This document shows positions 38,304 through 51,199 of a stretch of 64,000 nucleotides of DNA, piece after piece. The notes beneath the pieces are model-generated. The model did not search any database, was not told the origin of the DNA, and was given only the letters and a program-made list of their open reading frames with translations. The stretch's first letter is position 1. Each line of letters starts with the position of its first letter. Both the position numbers and the translations under genes were made by a program. The stretch covers positions 1,364,001 to 1,428,000 of the forward strand of contig JAQFVV010000007.1 in the NCBI GenBank assembly GCA_028023455.1, given 5' to 3'. Source of the DNA: Epiperipatus broadwayi (lineage: Eukaryota; Animalia; Onychophora).

Positions 38304-41035
38304 TGAAACCGTAAGATTCAAGTTCGAATCTTAGTTTCACCTTAGTCATATTTGTTCTATCATCTTCTACCCACTCCTCCATCCCACCTAAATTTAAACC
38401 CTCAATATTGGACTGTGTGCATATAATAGTATTAGTTATATATATAAAAGCTTGTTAAATATGCCTCATGCACATGCACTCCAATATGAGATATTAATGC
38501 ACTGAAAATAATTTATTAAATTTAGAATATTTAATATTTTGCGTTAATAATTATTAAGGTCAAAATTATATAACATTTTAATTTATAAAATCTAAAAGTT
38601 GTTTTTAACCTTTTTAAATATTTAAATGTATTAAAAATAGAAATTCCCCTGCTAAGTAATATTGTAAGTCATAGTGGGTGGGGAGAGACAATAGAATACT
38701 GAGAAATATTCCTAAAAGCTTTTTAATTAGGTTTAAAGAAACCTCTGCAGTATAATGAGGTCATAGGTGGAATACACAATAAAATAAAGTAAAATGTTCG
38801 GATTGAAATGGCAAATGGAATGTGTGCTCTTAATGCACTATTTTACCTGCAGATATTTGAGCGGACCTGAAAGGCGAAACAATACGTAATGTCAGATAGA
38901 TCCGAGAGATAAAAAGCAAGGGAAACAAAAGGTATATAAAGTCTTGTTAAAATTAAAATGGGCTCTATCTATCTATCTGAATCTCCCAATGTCAGGCTAA
39001 ATTAATCTCTAATCTCTGATTTTCTGTCTGCTTTTTCATTAAAATATGTTTTTTTATGTATAACATTACCATGCCCAAGTAGGAGGCGCGAGCTATTCTC
39101 CTTTGGAGAGTGGGAGCTAGACTGGATCCCCTAGTCGCTTTTAAAATGAACTGAAATTGTCTGCTGTAATCCATATATTGCTGCCTAATCAACTGCTGTT
39201 TACAATCATGACCACTAAATGAACTGTTAAGGAAAAACTACTGCGCCATACTTCATGAATGAGAGAATCATTCAGAAACATGCACGGTCTGCTTAAATCA
39301 AAGGTAACCTGTACCCAAAATCTCTAAGAACTTTCGTGCTCTTTATTCAAACTAGAACTCGTATCTTTAATTTGTACAGTTTTATTTATAATTTCTCATC
39401 ATATAAATCCTTTTAAACCACTAAACTTCTTAAAATCTGTAACCTTGTAATGTTTACTTACTATATGATCTTTTCTTTTCTTTGAGTATCCAATTCTATT
39501 AATATTTATTTATTGACGTAATTAATTTAATGCCTCAATAATTTCCGACCTAGCCTCTTAACTTTATTAAATGTTAGCCTTCGCCAAAATGCGCGGAGTC
39601 ATTAAATCACATATTTATAGTAAACTCATCTTATATTGATAAAGCGGCTAGCTCAGGAATTATATAATCTTTACATTTCATAAATTATTCTTGGATGCGT
39701 CTCATCTTATATTAATATGCTTTCTTGCATCGTCTTATATTTTAATGAATTATCATAGCTTCAGAGATGCATCTAACTTTCATGATTAACTATGAATGTG
39801 GGTGTAACATAATTTGTGCAGGCAGATATCTTAACTTAAACAATAGAAATATGATAGAATTATAATCTTTACCCCTTTTATTATTAGTATCGATTGGTAT
39901 ACATTGACTTTAACTTTGTAATCAAACCAATCTCATGCTATTTGAAGGCTTGAAGTTAATCACTCATAAATGTGGGCCTCGGGAGTGAGTCATCATTTAT
40001 TAGCAATTAAATATAAATCCTGTTCTATTATCAAACGATAGACATTATTATTGAGTGATGCCAAAGTTTTTCTCTTATTTTAAGCCAGGGAAATCACCGG
40101 ATACCTATGTTTAAAGGTATCGTTCCACTCCATATGGAAGGGCATAGTTCAAAGTGCTCCCATGGAAAGCTGAGTCTGTCATGCGGTCAGGTAATAACAG
40201 TGGCAGAAGTTCCGTACACCCGGACTTGTGATTATGACCAGTCTCGTAGGGTTCCCGGCAGAAAGCCCATCCACGAATTTATATTTCCCTCCTAGTTTCC
40301 ATCTCAAAGTTCGCTCTGTTATTATTCTATGGCATCTCTATCAATACCACCTCTCGTCTATTCTCTGCTTATGATTTCACTTCCCAAGCCTCCCATGTTA
40401 TCTGCCCTCCAATATAAGGCCTATTTAGAATTAATCATGTAAATAAACTTTTTATATAATCTATTGTTGGGATGAGTTAATTCACAGCCGTATATCTCGT
40501 TCAACTTTTACCTCACACGATAGCAATGTACTTAGTCTGGGGCATGAAATAAGGACTTGTTACCATTAAATACGCAAAGGGACAGGTCGAATTAATGCTT
40601 TAATAATGTAAACTCATGCCGTATTAGGAGTATTGATTAAGATCAAACTCCAAGTCTGTAAATAGATTTATATTAATAGTAAATATAGTTTTAATTATAT
40701 CTGCGTCTTCATGTCTATTTCCTTAATGCCTTATAGCCATAGTGTCTAAATGTCGAAATAAATTAAACATAATAAGGTCATTCATTAGATTAATAATAAT
40801 ATTAGTTGTAATAGAATTAGTTAGAGTCTCTTGAATCTCCCTGACCCCTGTGGCCTAAAAGATGTTTGCTACTGTGGTGGCAAGTACATTATCCCGTAGT
40901 TATATGTTGTGTAGTCAAGCTACTAGACTCGAACTCAGCATTTCAGGCCCTGAACCCACCTGTAGTGCTGCTTTTCGACTGTAGTGGAGGGAAGATGCAA
41001 CTGGTTAACAAGATATACGAATTATGACCGTTACA
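38304..41035 (+). repeat. 3' LTR of gypsy A (2732 bp)
   Basis: TGAAAC...GACCGTTACA, colinear with the 5' LTR with many substitutions and several indels. Confidence 0.93.
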
Positions 41036-41523
41036 ATACTAAAAGGAAATATGCCTATGTGTTTGAAAAGGAAAGTTTTTAATAAATGTGTTTTACCAGT
41101 TCTTACTTATGGATCTGAGACTTGGACCCTTAATAGAAGAGCAATACAGAGATTTCAGACCACTCCAAGAAGTATGGAGAGATGTATGTTGGGAATAACA
41201 AGAAGAGATCAAAAATGCAATATATGGGTAAGAGAGCAAACAGGTGTTACCGACCTCACTGAAAAAATTAAAAGACTGAAGTGGAGTTGGGCTGGACATA
41301 TTGCTAAGAGATAATAATAGATGGACAATTGAAATCTTAAACTGGTTTCCAAAAGATTGTAAAAGACCCAGAAAGAGACCACATGTGAGATGAATGGATG
41401 AAATAAGAAAGTGTGCAGGGATGATGTGGAGAAGTGAAGCTAAAAATCAGAGATGTATTGAACTTGGAGAGACCTTCATCCTGGAATGGATTGATAATAG
41501 TTGATGATGATGATAATGATGAC
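41036..41523 (+). pseudogene. RTE-clade LINE, 3' part with (TGA)n tail
   Basis: ILKGNMPMCLKRKVFNKCVLPVLTYGSETW...MERCMLGIT...KWSWAGHIA, ending in a tgatgatgataatgatga tail. Confidence 0.9.
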
Positions 41524-43353
41524 TTAAATTTACTCTGTTTATAATCTATTCCTATTTTACTGCAAGTACAAATAACTATTTTAGATAACAGTACATAAAA
41601 TAAGCTAACAAATTATTAAGTAAAATTTTCAAACTTATTACAACTTTTGAGAGGAATATGCCTCTGGATGCTCTGACTCTTACTTTCTGCTTTATAAGCC
41701 TCCTCTATTAATTATCTATTTATAACCCTTAGTGGTAAATATATTAATTAACGATTGCTGATTTGTTAGCTTTTATTTATAATACCTTATTAACTATCCC
41801 TCCCATGTTCACTTTACATTTTTACTTTCCAGCTAGAAACAAAACTCAATTCTTTTAGAGGTCACACTTATCTATTCACACACACTCGATGCTTCCTATG
41901 TCCCAACATTGACTAATGAACCATATTACTCTTGCCACTCCAGTAATGACTTGCTACAGTGCACAGCTGGTCTATGAGCATTGCTTATTTAGGCTATTAA
42001 CATTAATTTTTAAATTTAAAATATTTATCAGTTTTATAAATGATTGCGAGCAAAGCTCAGCGAAACACCTTTTACATCAACCCTAAACACACACTTAGGA
42101 ATTAAAAAGTGACCCTAAAGTCGATGAAACACTTCAAAATATTTAAATCAAACAATGACCAATCGCTTAAGTTAACAACACATTATACGATGAAAAAATA
42201 TTATTATAAAGATACATCCAGAAGGAAAATTAAGCTATCCAAATAATAAACCTGTGATGGCCGAACCTAGAGGGCACTTCTACTATCTGAGTGTAAAAAA
42301 TATGTTAGGACTGTGTCACTACACATATAAAACATGGGAATGACCCGATCACTACTACAACTATAACATGAAACACATATTTCTCAAGGAATATATCAAC
42401 AAGGGAGATGGAAAGTAATCTTCAATCTCATTATAAACTAACTAAAATATCTACTAATAATTTTGAGAGAACTATGCTCAATCTCTTGGCATACTTTGGA
42501 CATACAATGGTCATTCTCAAATCTCATTTATCCTAGAGAGAGTTTGATTTGAACTCTCACTAAATATAACACTGATGTATAAAAATGATAATACAATAAT
42601 CATCAAATATGACTAGAATAAAATTTTATTAGCCTTAAATAATTAAGAAATAAGAAATGTGCATCATACTCAAAACATATAACATTTTATAACTATATTT
42701 CTCCTAACCTAGGACATAGCAACATTTGAAATCTTAATACTATATAATTAATATGATATAGCATCGATAATGTTAAAATTTAACAATAATATAAAAAAAA
42801 AAGTGAACCACTTATATAAATAATTTTAAATCTCCCACACATATAAGTTATTAATATTATCATAGCATCTAGATTAAACTGTATCTAATGATATACTAAA
42901 AAGGCATATTCAATCCTAATATAACCTAAGTATAGATTGTACCAAAATTAATATAAATAAAATAGGCTTTTCAATAATGCATATCATAAATAAATAATAT
43001 ATAAAAAAATTATACTTAAAGTCCTTAGCAAAAGTCTATAGTCCATCGATCTATCACACTACAGTGATCTCCTTACACCATCAGCATTATCCAAACAATT
43101 GCATTAAATCAGTTCTGCACACATGACAAATATCAACATATGAAGGCAACAAATGGTTATTTTCCGTGAACCGTATACACACACAATTCCAACAACTTCA
43201 TATTATTTAGTTAGTTGCATTATTTCTTTAATCATAGAAAGTCCTCACACATCTTTATCAAAAGCATTTAATACTTTAGTAGATCATTTTAGACACACTT
43301 ATTCTTTTATAGGGTTTTTTTTCCAGTAGCAGTTAAAGAACTCTATAATTCTC

Positions 43354-43541
43354 AGGTATTTTATAATTCTTACATTCCATTTTCAAACATATATTTAGAT
43401 CCAAATTTATTTGTCTTACGATAGTGATATCACTAACTAAGTCTAGTTACTCTACAATTATCGGGTATTTTATAATTCTTACATTCCGTTTTCAAACATA
43501 TATTTAGATCCAAATTTATTCATCTTACAATAGTGATATCT
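43354..43541. repeat. Two-copy tandem repeat, period ~111 bp
   Basis: 'ggtattttataattcttacattcc.ttttcaaacatatatttagatccaaatttatt...atagtgatatc' occurs twice. Confidence 0.9.
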
Positions 43542-44029
43542 CTGATATTTTTTTACTAAACTTTCATTTTCAATTAATAAACAGTAAGCTATTATTGTTT
43601 CATAAATTTTCCACTCAAAGAAACATTTTTCTTTCATCATTCATATCATAAGCACTTAGAAAGTTTCTTAAGTCCCTTCCTTTAATTCATTTATAGCATA
43701 AGTTTAAGATTATAGATAGATATAGAATTTAAATCTTTCTTTCTTCTTTCTTTCCAGATTCGACATTTAAACAACTCATCTAGCATAACAGTTCTAATAA
43801 AATCAGGATATTGTAAAAATAATATCTGTGATATCTCAGGCTTAGAGCGCCAGGGTTTCACTCCAGATGCATCAGCCCACAACATGTTTCCAACAAATTC
43901 TTTATCATTGGGATCTGACTCTTGGTCAATTAAAATTTGCATCAATATTCTTATTTAAAACAAAAACATATTAAAATTTTACTTATTAAAATTTGAACTT
44001 TACTTAGTACCAACAAAAAAAACACCAGA

Positions 44030-44145
44030 ACTGAACAGAACAGCTCTCAAATGTGTGTATGGCTTTTTATAACCTTCGGTTGTCAATCATCGTGAAACAT
44101 GCCTTCTTCGCTTGCTCCTCCCGTGTATTAATTTCCTATTGGCTG
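44030..44145 (-). promoter_or_regulatory. Pol II-type promoter (CCAAT, TATAAAAAG, Inr-like TCAGT) in family D
   Basis: CCAAT at 44138-44142 and TATA at 44063-44071 on the minus strand, with matching motifs in the family D copy at 4215-4292. Confidence 0.6.
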
Positions 44146-45582
44146 TTAATCATAACTTTGACATTAATTATTCAAACTACCCAAACGGTCATGTGATTTA
44201 CTTGGGTTTTTCCCGGTTTTAAATTTTATAACACACGAAAAAAAAAAAATCAAGAAAAAAAATATATAGCAAAATGAAAGTAGAATATAATATAAACTAA
44301 ATGATTTAAATGAAATCAATTTTTATGAATGGATATTTACCAATATTTCTTTAAATTCAATTAAAAATTGTTACCCTTTCAATTTGCTTTTAAATGATAG
44401 CAAACACGATTTATGAACATTTATATTTTTCCCAATAAATAAAATTACATTCAGATCAGCAAGCAAGCTCCCACACACCTCTAATCATTCCATCTTAACT
44501 TTTGAAATTCCAGATAGTAATAAACTTATCCACCTGTTTTAAACCTACTAATCTAATCAGATGAATTGATTGCTTAACTACTTCCAAGTTAAATCTACTA
44601 TTAAAACTTACACACCTATTTCTTTAAATTAAAAACATTCTTCTATTAAGTTACTATTAACTAACTATTTTAGCACTTAATTACTCTACTCCGGTTACTC
44701 ATCCCACATTCAAATCCACTGGTTGACAGACTTTTAACTGTATTGAAACATCTAAGCATAACTATGCATTAATTTTAAATATTATATGTCTAAGAAAAGC
44801 ATTTTCGTCATTAGCTAGAATTATCTAAACCAATGTCAGTTATGAACATGTTAAATTTATCGGATTTTCTGTGAGAAAAATTTTTTTTTAGTGACTGCTG
44901 CATCTACAATGAAACTAGTTCTCTTTGCCAAAGCCAAAGATTATAGTATATATTTTTTTGTAATATTTAATTTTGAATAATTTACTTATCTTCATTGTTT
45001 ATAAATTTACAATTAATTAATTAATTATTGTCTATTTGCTAAATCTATTTATTTTACTTGATATCTTTGCATGAATTTAAATCTGGTTCTAGCATTTTAT
45101 AATTTATTTTTTATGGATTGTATTTGCAATACACTACACTGCTAGATAAATAGAATGAGATATCTCTAGAAATATGATAATTTGTACTTGAACACACTGT
45201 GCTGAAAACTATACTGGAAAAGAAAAAGAAGCCTCATAAAATAAATAATCATTTAAGTACCTTTCAACTTTATTTCATTAATTATCAAAGATTTACTTAA
45301 TGCATTTATAAATGAATTTAATAATTTATAAGTATCTTTTATAAAAAGAAACTAATAGCTGAGATGCAACAATAATTTCTTTGAATCTCAAAAATGATTG
45401 CAGTTATACTTTTTCTTAATTACTTAATAAGTATGTAATTTTTGTTTTCCTTCTTTTTCCATTTTCCACTTTAACCATACATCAGACCTACTATTATAAT
45501 ATTCACAGAAACATATATTTTATTAACAAAATAATAAAAATAAAATAATCAATTAGAGTTCACTTTAATAAAATGATCTTAC

Positions 45583-45750
45583 TTGCATGAGGTGGGGGTA
45601 TAACCCCTGGATGTGGAAATGGTGGTATTACTGTAGTAGTGTTAATATTGGAAGGATGAAGAGCACCAGGAATAGGAATACCAGATGGTAGAGATACTGG
45701 TGGTGGTGGAACAGCACTTGGGGGAACAATTCCACTCGAAATTGCAAGAG
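45583..45750 (-). CDS. SF3B4: Splicing factor 3B subunit 4, proline-rich tail exon
   Basis: Polypyrimidine tract plus AG acceptor at 45751-45752. Phase 1 matches the upstream exon. Encodes (A)LAISSGIVPPSAVPPPPVSLP...PPPHA and is followed by a GTAAG donor. Confidence 0.82.
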
Positions 45751-45932
45751 CTAAAAGTAAAAAAATCTTCATTGTTGATAGTGTCATAGAAAAAAATATT
45801 TAAATGCACATTATGTTGGTGACTAAAATGATTGACAGAATTAAATAAGATGATTAATTTATAAATTAAAATGAAAACAATATCTAAATGCTGTGCACTC
45901 AATTACACATTTCAATAAATCTTATTCTGTAC

Positions 45933-46272
45933 CTGGAGCAGGTACTCCTACTGGAGGAATAGTTGATGGGGGTGGAGGTGGTGCAGGTGCAGACCCCATT
46001 CCAACAATCACACCAGTGGGAGGAGCATCAGCAAACAACTGATGCGGACGATCAGCTTGGGAAAGTGGATTTTGGGATGCTAACAATCTTTCTGCAGCAG
46101 ATCCATGTCGTTCTCCTTTAGCATCCTTTTTAAAAGCATATGAGATTGAAATTGCTCTATTGCAAAGATACTGTCCATTCATAGCTTCAATAGCTGCATC
46201 AGAAGCTTCAAAGCTAGCAAAGTTTATAAAAGCATATCCTTTTGAATTTCCAGTCTCAGGATCCCTCATAAT
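45933..46272 (-). CDS. SF3B4: Splicing factor 3B subunit 4 (SAP49) exon: second half of RRM2 and start of the proline-rich tail
   Basis: [85 protein letters not shown] is the characteristic SF3B4 sequence. AG at 46273-46274 and GT at 45931-45932. Confidence 0.97.
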
Positions 46273-46812
46273 CTAATAAATATATGTAAAATACATTAAC
46301 CAGTACAAATAAATAGACAATTCTTCAAAAAATGATCTTACTTGTAATAAACAAAATAAGTTATTTTTGCTTTCATAGTAATACTTTTTTTAAAATTTAA
46401 AATATATCTACAAATAGTCCCTTCGTGTAAGGTCACTATAATATTTTCACATTAATAAATGTTTTAATACAAATTATTAGGAAACATTTCCATAAGTAAG
46501 TAATATAATAACAAACAATTCATAAACAGTTCATAAATTATATAGTACATTAATATATTCTAATATTATAATACTAGCAGAAAATCAAAAACTTTTCAGG
46601 CAAAGTTAATATTAATAACTCTCTTCTTTTTTCTCTTTCTCTCTAACAATTATTATATATTTAAAACTTTCACCAACAATATAGTCACATTCTGGCAATT
46701 TGCAAAGTATTTTTTACGTGATATGCTCATTGGAAGTACCCGTTGGTTCAATTTCATATCATTAAGCTATAATTATTTTATTATTACATTTATTATACAC
46801 TGATGTTTAATA

Positions 46813-46993
46813 ACAATATACATCACATGATCACTATTTCTTATGCTTGCTCTTAACTGTTATTAAAACAGGCAAAATTATCTATACGTATTGCCACTCA
46901 GTGCAAGCCAGAGTAATCAATGGATGCCAAAAGGCTTGATTACTCTGACTTGCACCGAGTGGCAATAGATATAGAAAATTTTGCCTGTTTTAA
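46813..46993. mobile_element. Short family M insertion (tail plus ~127-bp foldback)
   Basis: Tail 'catcacatgatcac...' followed by inverted M termini, flanked by TGATGTTTAATA (46801-46812, 46994-47005). Confidence 0.85.
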
Positions 46994-48876
46994 TGATGTT
47001 TAATATGTTATTTAGAGGTTGTTAAAAAAAAAGCACAGCCTTTATCTACTGAACAGTTAAATAGTGATATCAGATAATTTATGTTGTACATAAATCAAAC
47101 TAAATTCATGCTTAAACACCATTGAAGCTAAAAGAATACATATCATTCCATTCTTTTGATAATTTATTGATATTTGAGTATTAGTTTATATATAACTCAC
47201 TGGGAGTATCAGTTATTTCCATTTCAATTTAAGATAAACAGTTGTATCAGCAATGTTTTTTTAACTCTCTTAGTTATTTTACTGTTACAAGTTTTGGAAT
47301 CAAAATTTCCAATTTTCATAAAAACTGCTTCAGAGAGCCATCCATCATAAAATATACAAACATAATAATATATCCAATGCATCTGAAATAAATATCAAAT
47401 CACCTCAAACATTAAGAAATTTTCATCTATGTCATCTGTGAATAAATGCTTTGGAGCCTGCATCTCAAAACAGCTATTTCAAAAGGTGTAGCTGAAAATT
47501 TCTTAACGTTTGAGATGATTTGATATTTAAAACTTAATAAAAATGAAAACTTAAGTTTTTAATTTTACCTTAATATTTAAAAGAAATTCTATGAATTATA
47601 AATAATAAATTTTAAAATAAATAATACATTGAAATAGGGGAGAAAAATTATATCTCTTTTTTAATCATATTACTTAAAACTTTTAATTTTAAATTAATTC
47701 CTAAATTCTTATACAAACCTAACTATCAACAGAATATCAAATCCTGATCAGTCAAATATATATCACAGTATCTAACACTATGAAAATCATAAACATAGGT
47801 AAATGAAAATAGAAATAATTTCTTTCAATCCCAAATGAGCAAACAAACTGAAACTCCAGTTCTGATGACATACACAAAAAACCAATATTCTTCACAAAAT
47901 TCCAACCCATGATGAACTCTTCTGTAGGAGTCAAATAGATCTGTCAGTGTAATATTTTGAACAGATAAAAAAAGTACCACAATTGGCTTACATCCCATCA
48001 ACTCATTTGTATTTAGATTTTATAATGTTAATGATGAAAAGCTGAAAAATCCTAATCAATTACTAAAAAAGTTTTAACATATGGCTGTTGATATGTTAAT
48101 TAAAAAATTATGATTTTTTTTAAAAAACATGTGGACTAAGTCTCCTTCCTCTACTATTCTAGTACCTTCCCTTGTACGCTTGAAAAATATATGATTACCA
48201 TATAACAGTGCAATTTAATCTCCATTCCCAGGTTAATCTTTAGCTTTTACCCTTATCAATGAGGATTTGGGATTCAAAGCTGAAATGAATACAGTTATGT
48301 ATATGGCAACTATCTTAAACTTCTTTTACTATCAAGCTAATAGATTAAAATTTAAAAAATACTTCAAGGTTTTAAATTCAAGTTAATTTTCTTGTATACT
48401 TGTAGATGATTGGTCAGTAACTTTATATATTAGCACCTTCATTTGTGTTCAAATATATACCACATTGATTAGAAATATTATTAACATATAACACTTGATA
48501 TTTTCAGCTTACTGCAGTATCAACAAGAACAGATATTGTTACTCTAGTACCATCAATTATATAATTTGAATAGTCAGTGTTTAACAAATAATAGTAAAAT
48601 TTCTGGCTTTGTCTTTATCAATGAAAACTTGGAACTGAAAATTGAAACCAATTCAGTTATTTAATTGCTTTTTCATTACAAAACTAATAGCACAAATAAC
48701 TCTATGATTTTGGACCCAAGCCAACCTGCTGGCATAGTTATATATATTTTAGTAACTTTCATTTCTATTCTAACTACAGCAATTTTTTTCTTTAGTTAGA
48801 ATTGTTAATACTAGTACATCATTTGATTCTTATATTTACTAATTACTCGAACTTGCAATAAGTAGTACTAGATAAA

Positions 48877-49472
48877 AATCACATGTTCACTATTTTTTAT
48901 GCTAGCACATTACTGTTATTAAAACCGGCAAAACTCTCCATACAGTAGTGCCACTCAGTGCCAACCAAAGTAATCAATGGATACCAGAAGGCTTGTGCAT
49001 AAAATCTCTATCTAGTGACTACTCATCCAATATCCCCAGACTAGTTTGTGGCTTGTGGCCTTCGTCAGTGAAGAGCTTTGGATCCTGCCTAATAGAACAG
49101 TGGTGGCTATGGTTGCTAAAGAGCCAAAGACACCAAAATGTATGGATACTGAACTGGATTGAGACCCATATGACTATATAAGCTATTGAGCTTAGACTGA
49201 AAATATTATTGTGTTTTCAATTTTATTCTCATAGTTTTGTAGTTAAGTAGAGATAAAAGGCGGCTGCTGGAGGGTTGCATTAGATTCTAAGATCTAGGTG
49301 CAGTGCTCACAGATCCAAAGCTCCTCACTGATGAAGGCCAAGTCAGCAACTAGTCTGGGGATATTAGATGAGTAGGCACTAGATAGGGATTTTATGCACA
49401 AGCCTTCTGGCACCCATTGATTACTCTGGCTGGCACTGAGTGGCACCACTGTATGGAGAGTTTTGCCTGTTT
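48877..49472. mobile_element. Family M insertion: tail, minus-sense arm, then plus-sense loop and arm; two mutated hammerhead cores
   Basis: Flanked by the 14-bp duplication TAGTACTAGATAAA (48863-48876, 49473-49486). Cores at 49025-49083 (-, GAAA>CAAA) and 49313-49369 (+, GAAA>GCAA). Confidence 0.88.
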
Positions 49473-51199
49473 TAGTACTAGATAAATAGAGAGAGAGGAT
49501 TGCACTTTGCTAGTATCATTCCTAATTTTAAAAAAAAATGGTACCTCTAGTTAGAATAGAACTGGTGGTTGCTAAAATATATTAATTATTGATCTGGTGT
49601 CAGATTCTATATAACTATTTAAGCAAGTTAGATTTGTTAAATTTAAGATTGTTAGTTTGATAGCACGAAAGAAATTAAACATGGCTCCAAATGCAATTTG
49701 CATTGAATCAATTTTGAATCCAAATTCTCATTAATAAGGAGCATCTAAAGATGGAAATTAAGTTGAACTACCATCTGCTAATTATTGATTACTCAAACCT
49801 AACACAGATAGCATTAGATTTGAAAAAAGATTGTTTTTGTTTACACTGCAGATAAAATGAAAGAATCAAGTAATGTGTTAGTATTATAATATTCCTAGTC
49901 AAGGAAAAATGGTGATTATATAAGATTAGAACTGGGTTACTGAAATAAACAGTTACTGATCCTGTACCAAATTTACATAATTATATAAAAAAAATTGGCT
50001 TGCATTAAAAACTTAAGGGTATTTTAAATTTTAGGCTATTAACGTGATAGTAAAAGTAGAATTAAAGGTTGTGGTGAAACGCATAATTGCATTGGTTCCA
50101 ATTTTGAGTCCCTATTGATAAAAGCAAAACCAGAAACAGACTTGAGCTTCAATATTAAATTACCCTGCTATCTGGTAATCATTAATTGTGCAAGTTTACA
50201 GTAGATGAAGTAGTAAAGAGATGAGGCTGTTCTTATTTCTAACAAAATAAAAATAAAAAAAATTAAGTTATGCCACATGATCTTAACATAATATCTATTA
50301 TCCCACTATCAAGGATTTTACTGAATAAGCTTTCAATTATAAATGGTAATTATTATAGACTCAAGAACATAGGCAAATGCAAAAAATAAATGCCATAATA
50401 AAGATGTCACATATATATTGCTTTTATTGATTTGATACTATCTGATGATGTGTTCAGACTACAGACAGGTTCCATGAGTAGCATAGTAGAATGACCTTCA
50501 GACATAAAGATGAACTAAATATTAAACAAACAGTGCCCAATCAAAATATTTGCTACCCTATGGTATAGGATGATGATTCTTAAAAAGCTAGGTATTATTT
50601 TCAATACAAATTATCTTTTCTGCCTCCCTCTTTTTCTTCTTCAGCTACTTAAGTTAGTGCAACGTCCAATCCATGAGTATCTATTGCCACTGATCATCTT
50701 CTTATTGTGTATGTGTGCATCCACATTTACATTTTTTTAGTGCATGTGCAGCATTTCTCACTCCAATTGCATTTTACAATTTTTTTTTTTTTATCTCCAT
50801 GTCTTAATAGACTGGTAGTCTTTAGTTGTGATCTTTGCTCAAGGCAATACAATCACTAATGAGTCCGTTTGAAATGAGATTTGAAACAAAATAATTTCAC
50901 TGTCAAAGAGTGTATGTTTAGGCAGCCCTATTTAGGAATTCCTCTGTCTATCATGGAAATGGAAAGGATGACTTAAAAATAGTCAATATCACATAATCTG
51001 TGATAGGTTGTCATGCCTGGAAGATTATTCATTAAAGTAACAAACATAATAATATCAGTAGCAGTGGTAAAGCACAAGTAGTGGAAGGACTAAAATAAGT
51101 AATGTATATGTAATTTTTGTCTAAAAAAAGTACAGTATATAACATATACTAACTTCACTTGATATAAAATATACTAACTTTACTTGATATAAAATCTTT

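Larger units (their letters stand above)
26371..41035 (+). mobile_element. Full-length decayed Ty3/gypsy LTR retrotransposon A (14.7 kb including the nested solo LTR)
   Basis: Two homologous LTRs (TG...CA), a 4-bp target duplication ATAC (26367-26370, 41036-41039), PBS, PPT and PR-RT-RH-IN order. Confidence 0.95.
41530..44449 (-). mobile_element. Long LTR-like repeat family D, copy 2
   Basis: Reverse-complement homology to ~4020-7330; possible TGTAAT start at 44449. Confidence 0.7.

Noticed and set aside
42150-42170. Alternative genetic code (TGA=Trp) suggested by TGA codons shared between diverged copies of families D and E
   Set aside because: TAA and TAG stops are also frequent in the same frames. 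Shared stops are more simply explained by shared ancestry or a wrong frame.
41530-44449. Endogenous densovirus or other DNA virus fragment (promoter, CxxC motifs, convergent frames)
   Set aside because: No NS1/Rep, helicase, capsid or polymerase motifs were seen. The region is a dispersed repeat organised like the other long LTRs.
45751-45932. Intronic snoRNA in the short SF3B4 intron
   Set aside because: No C/D box pair or H/ACA structure is visible.
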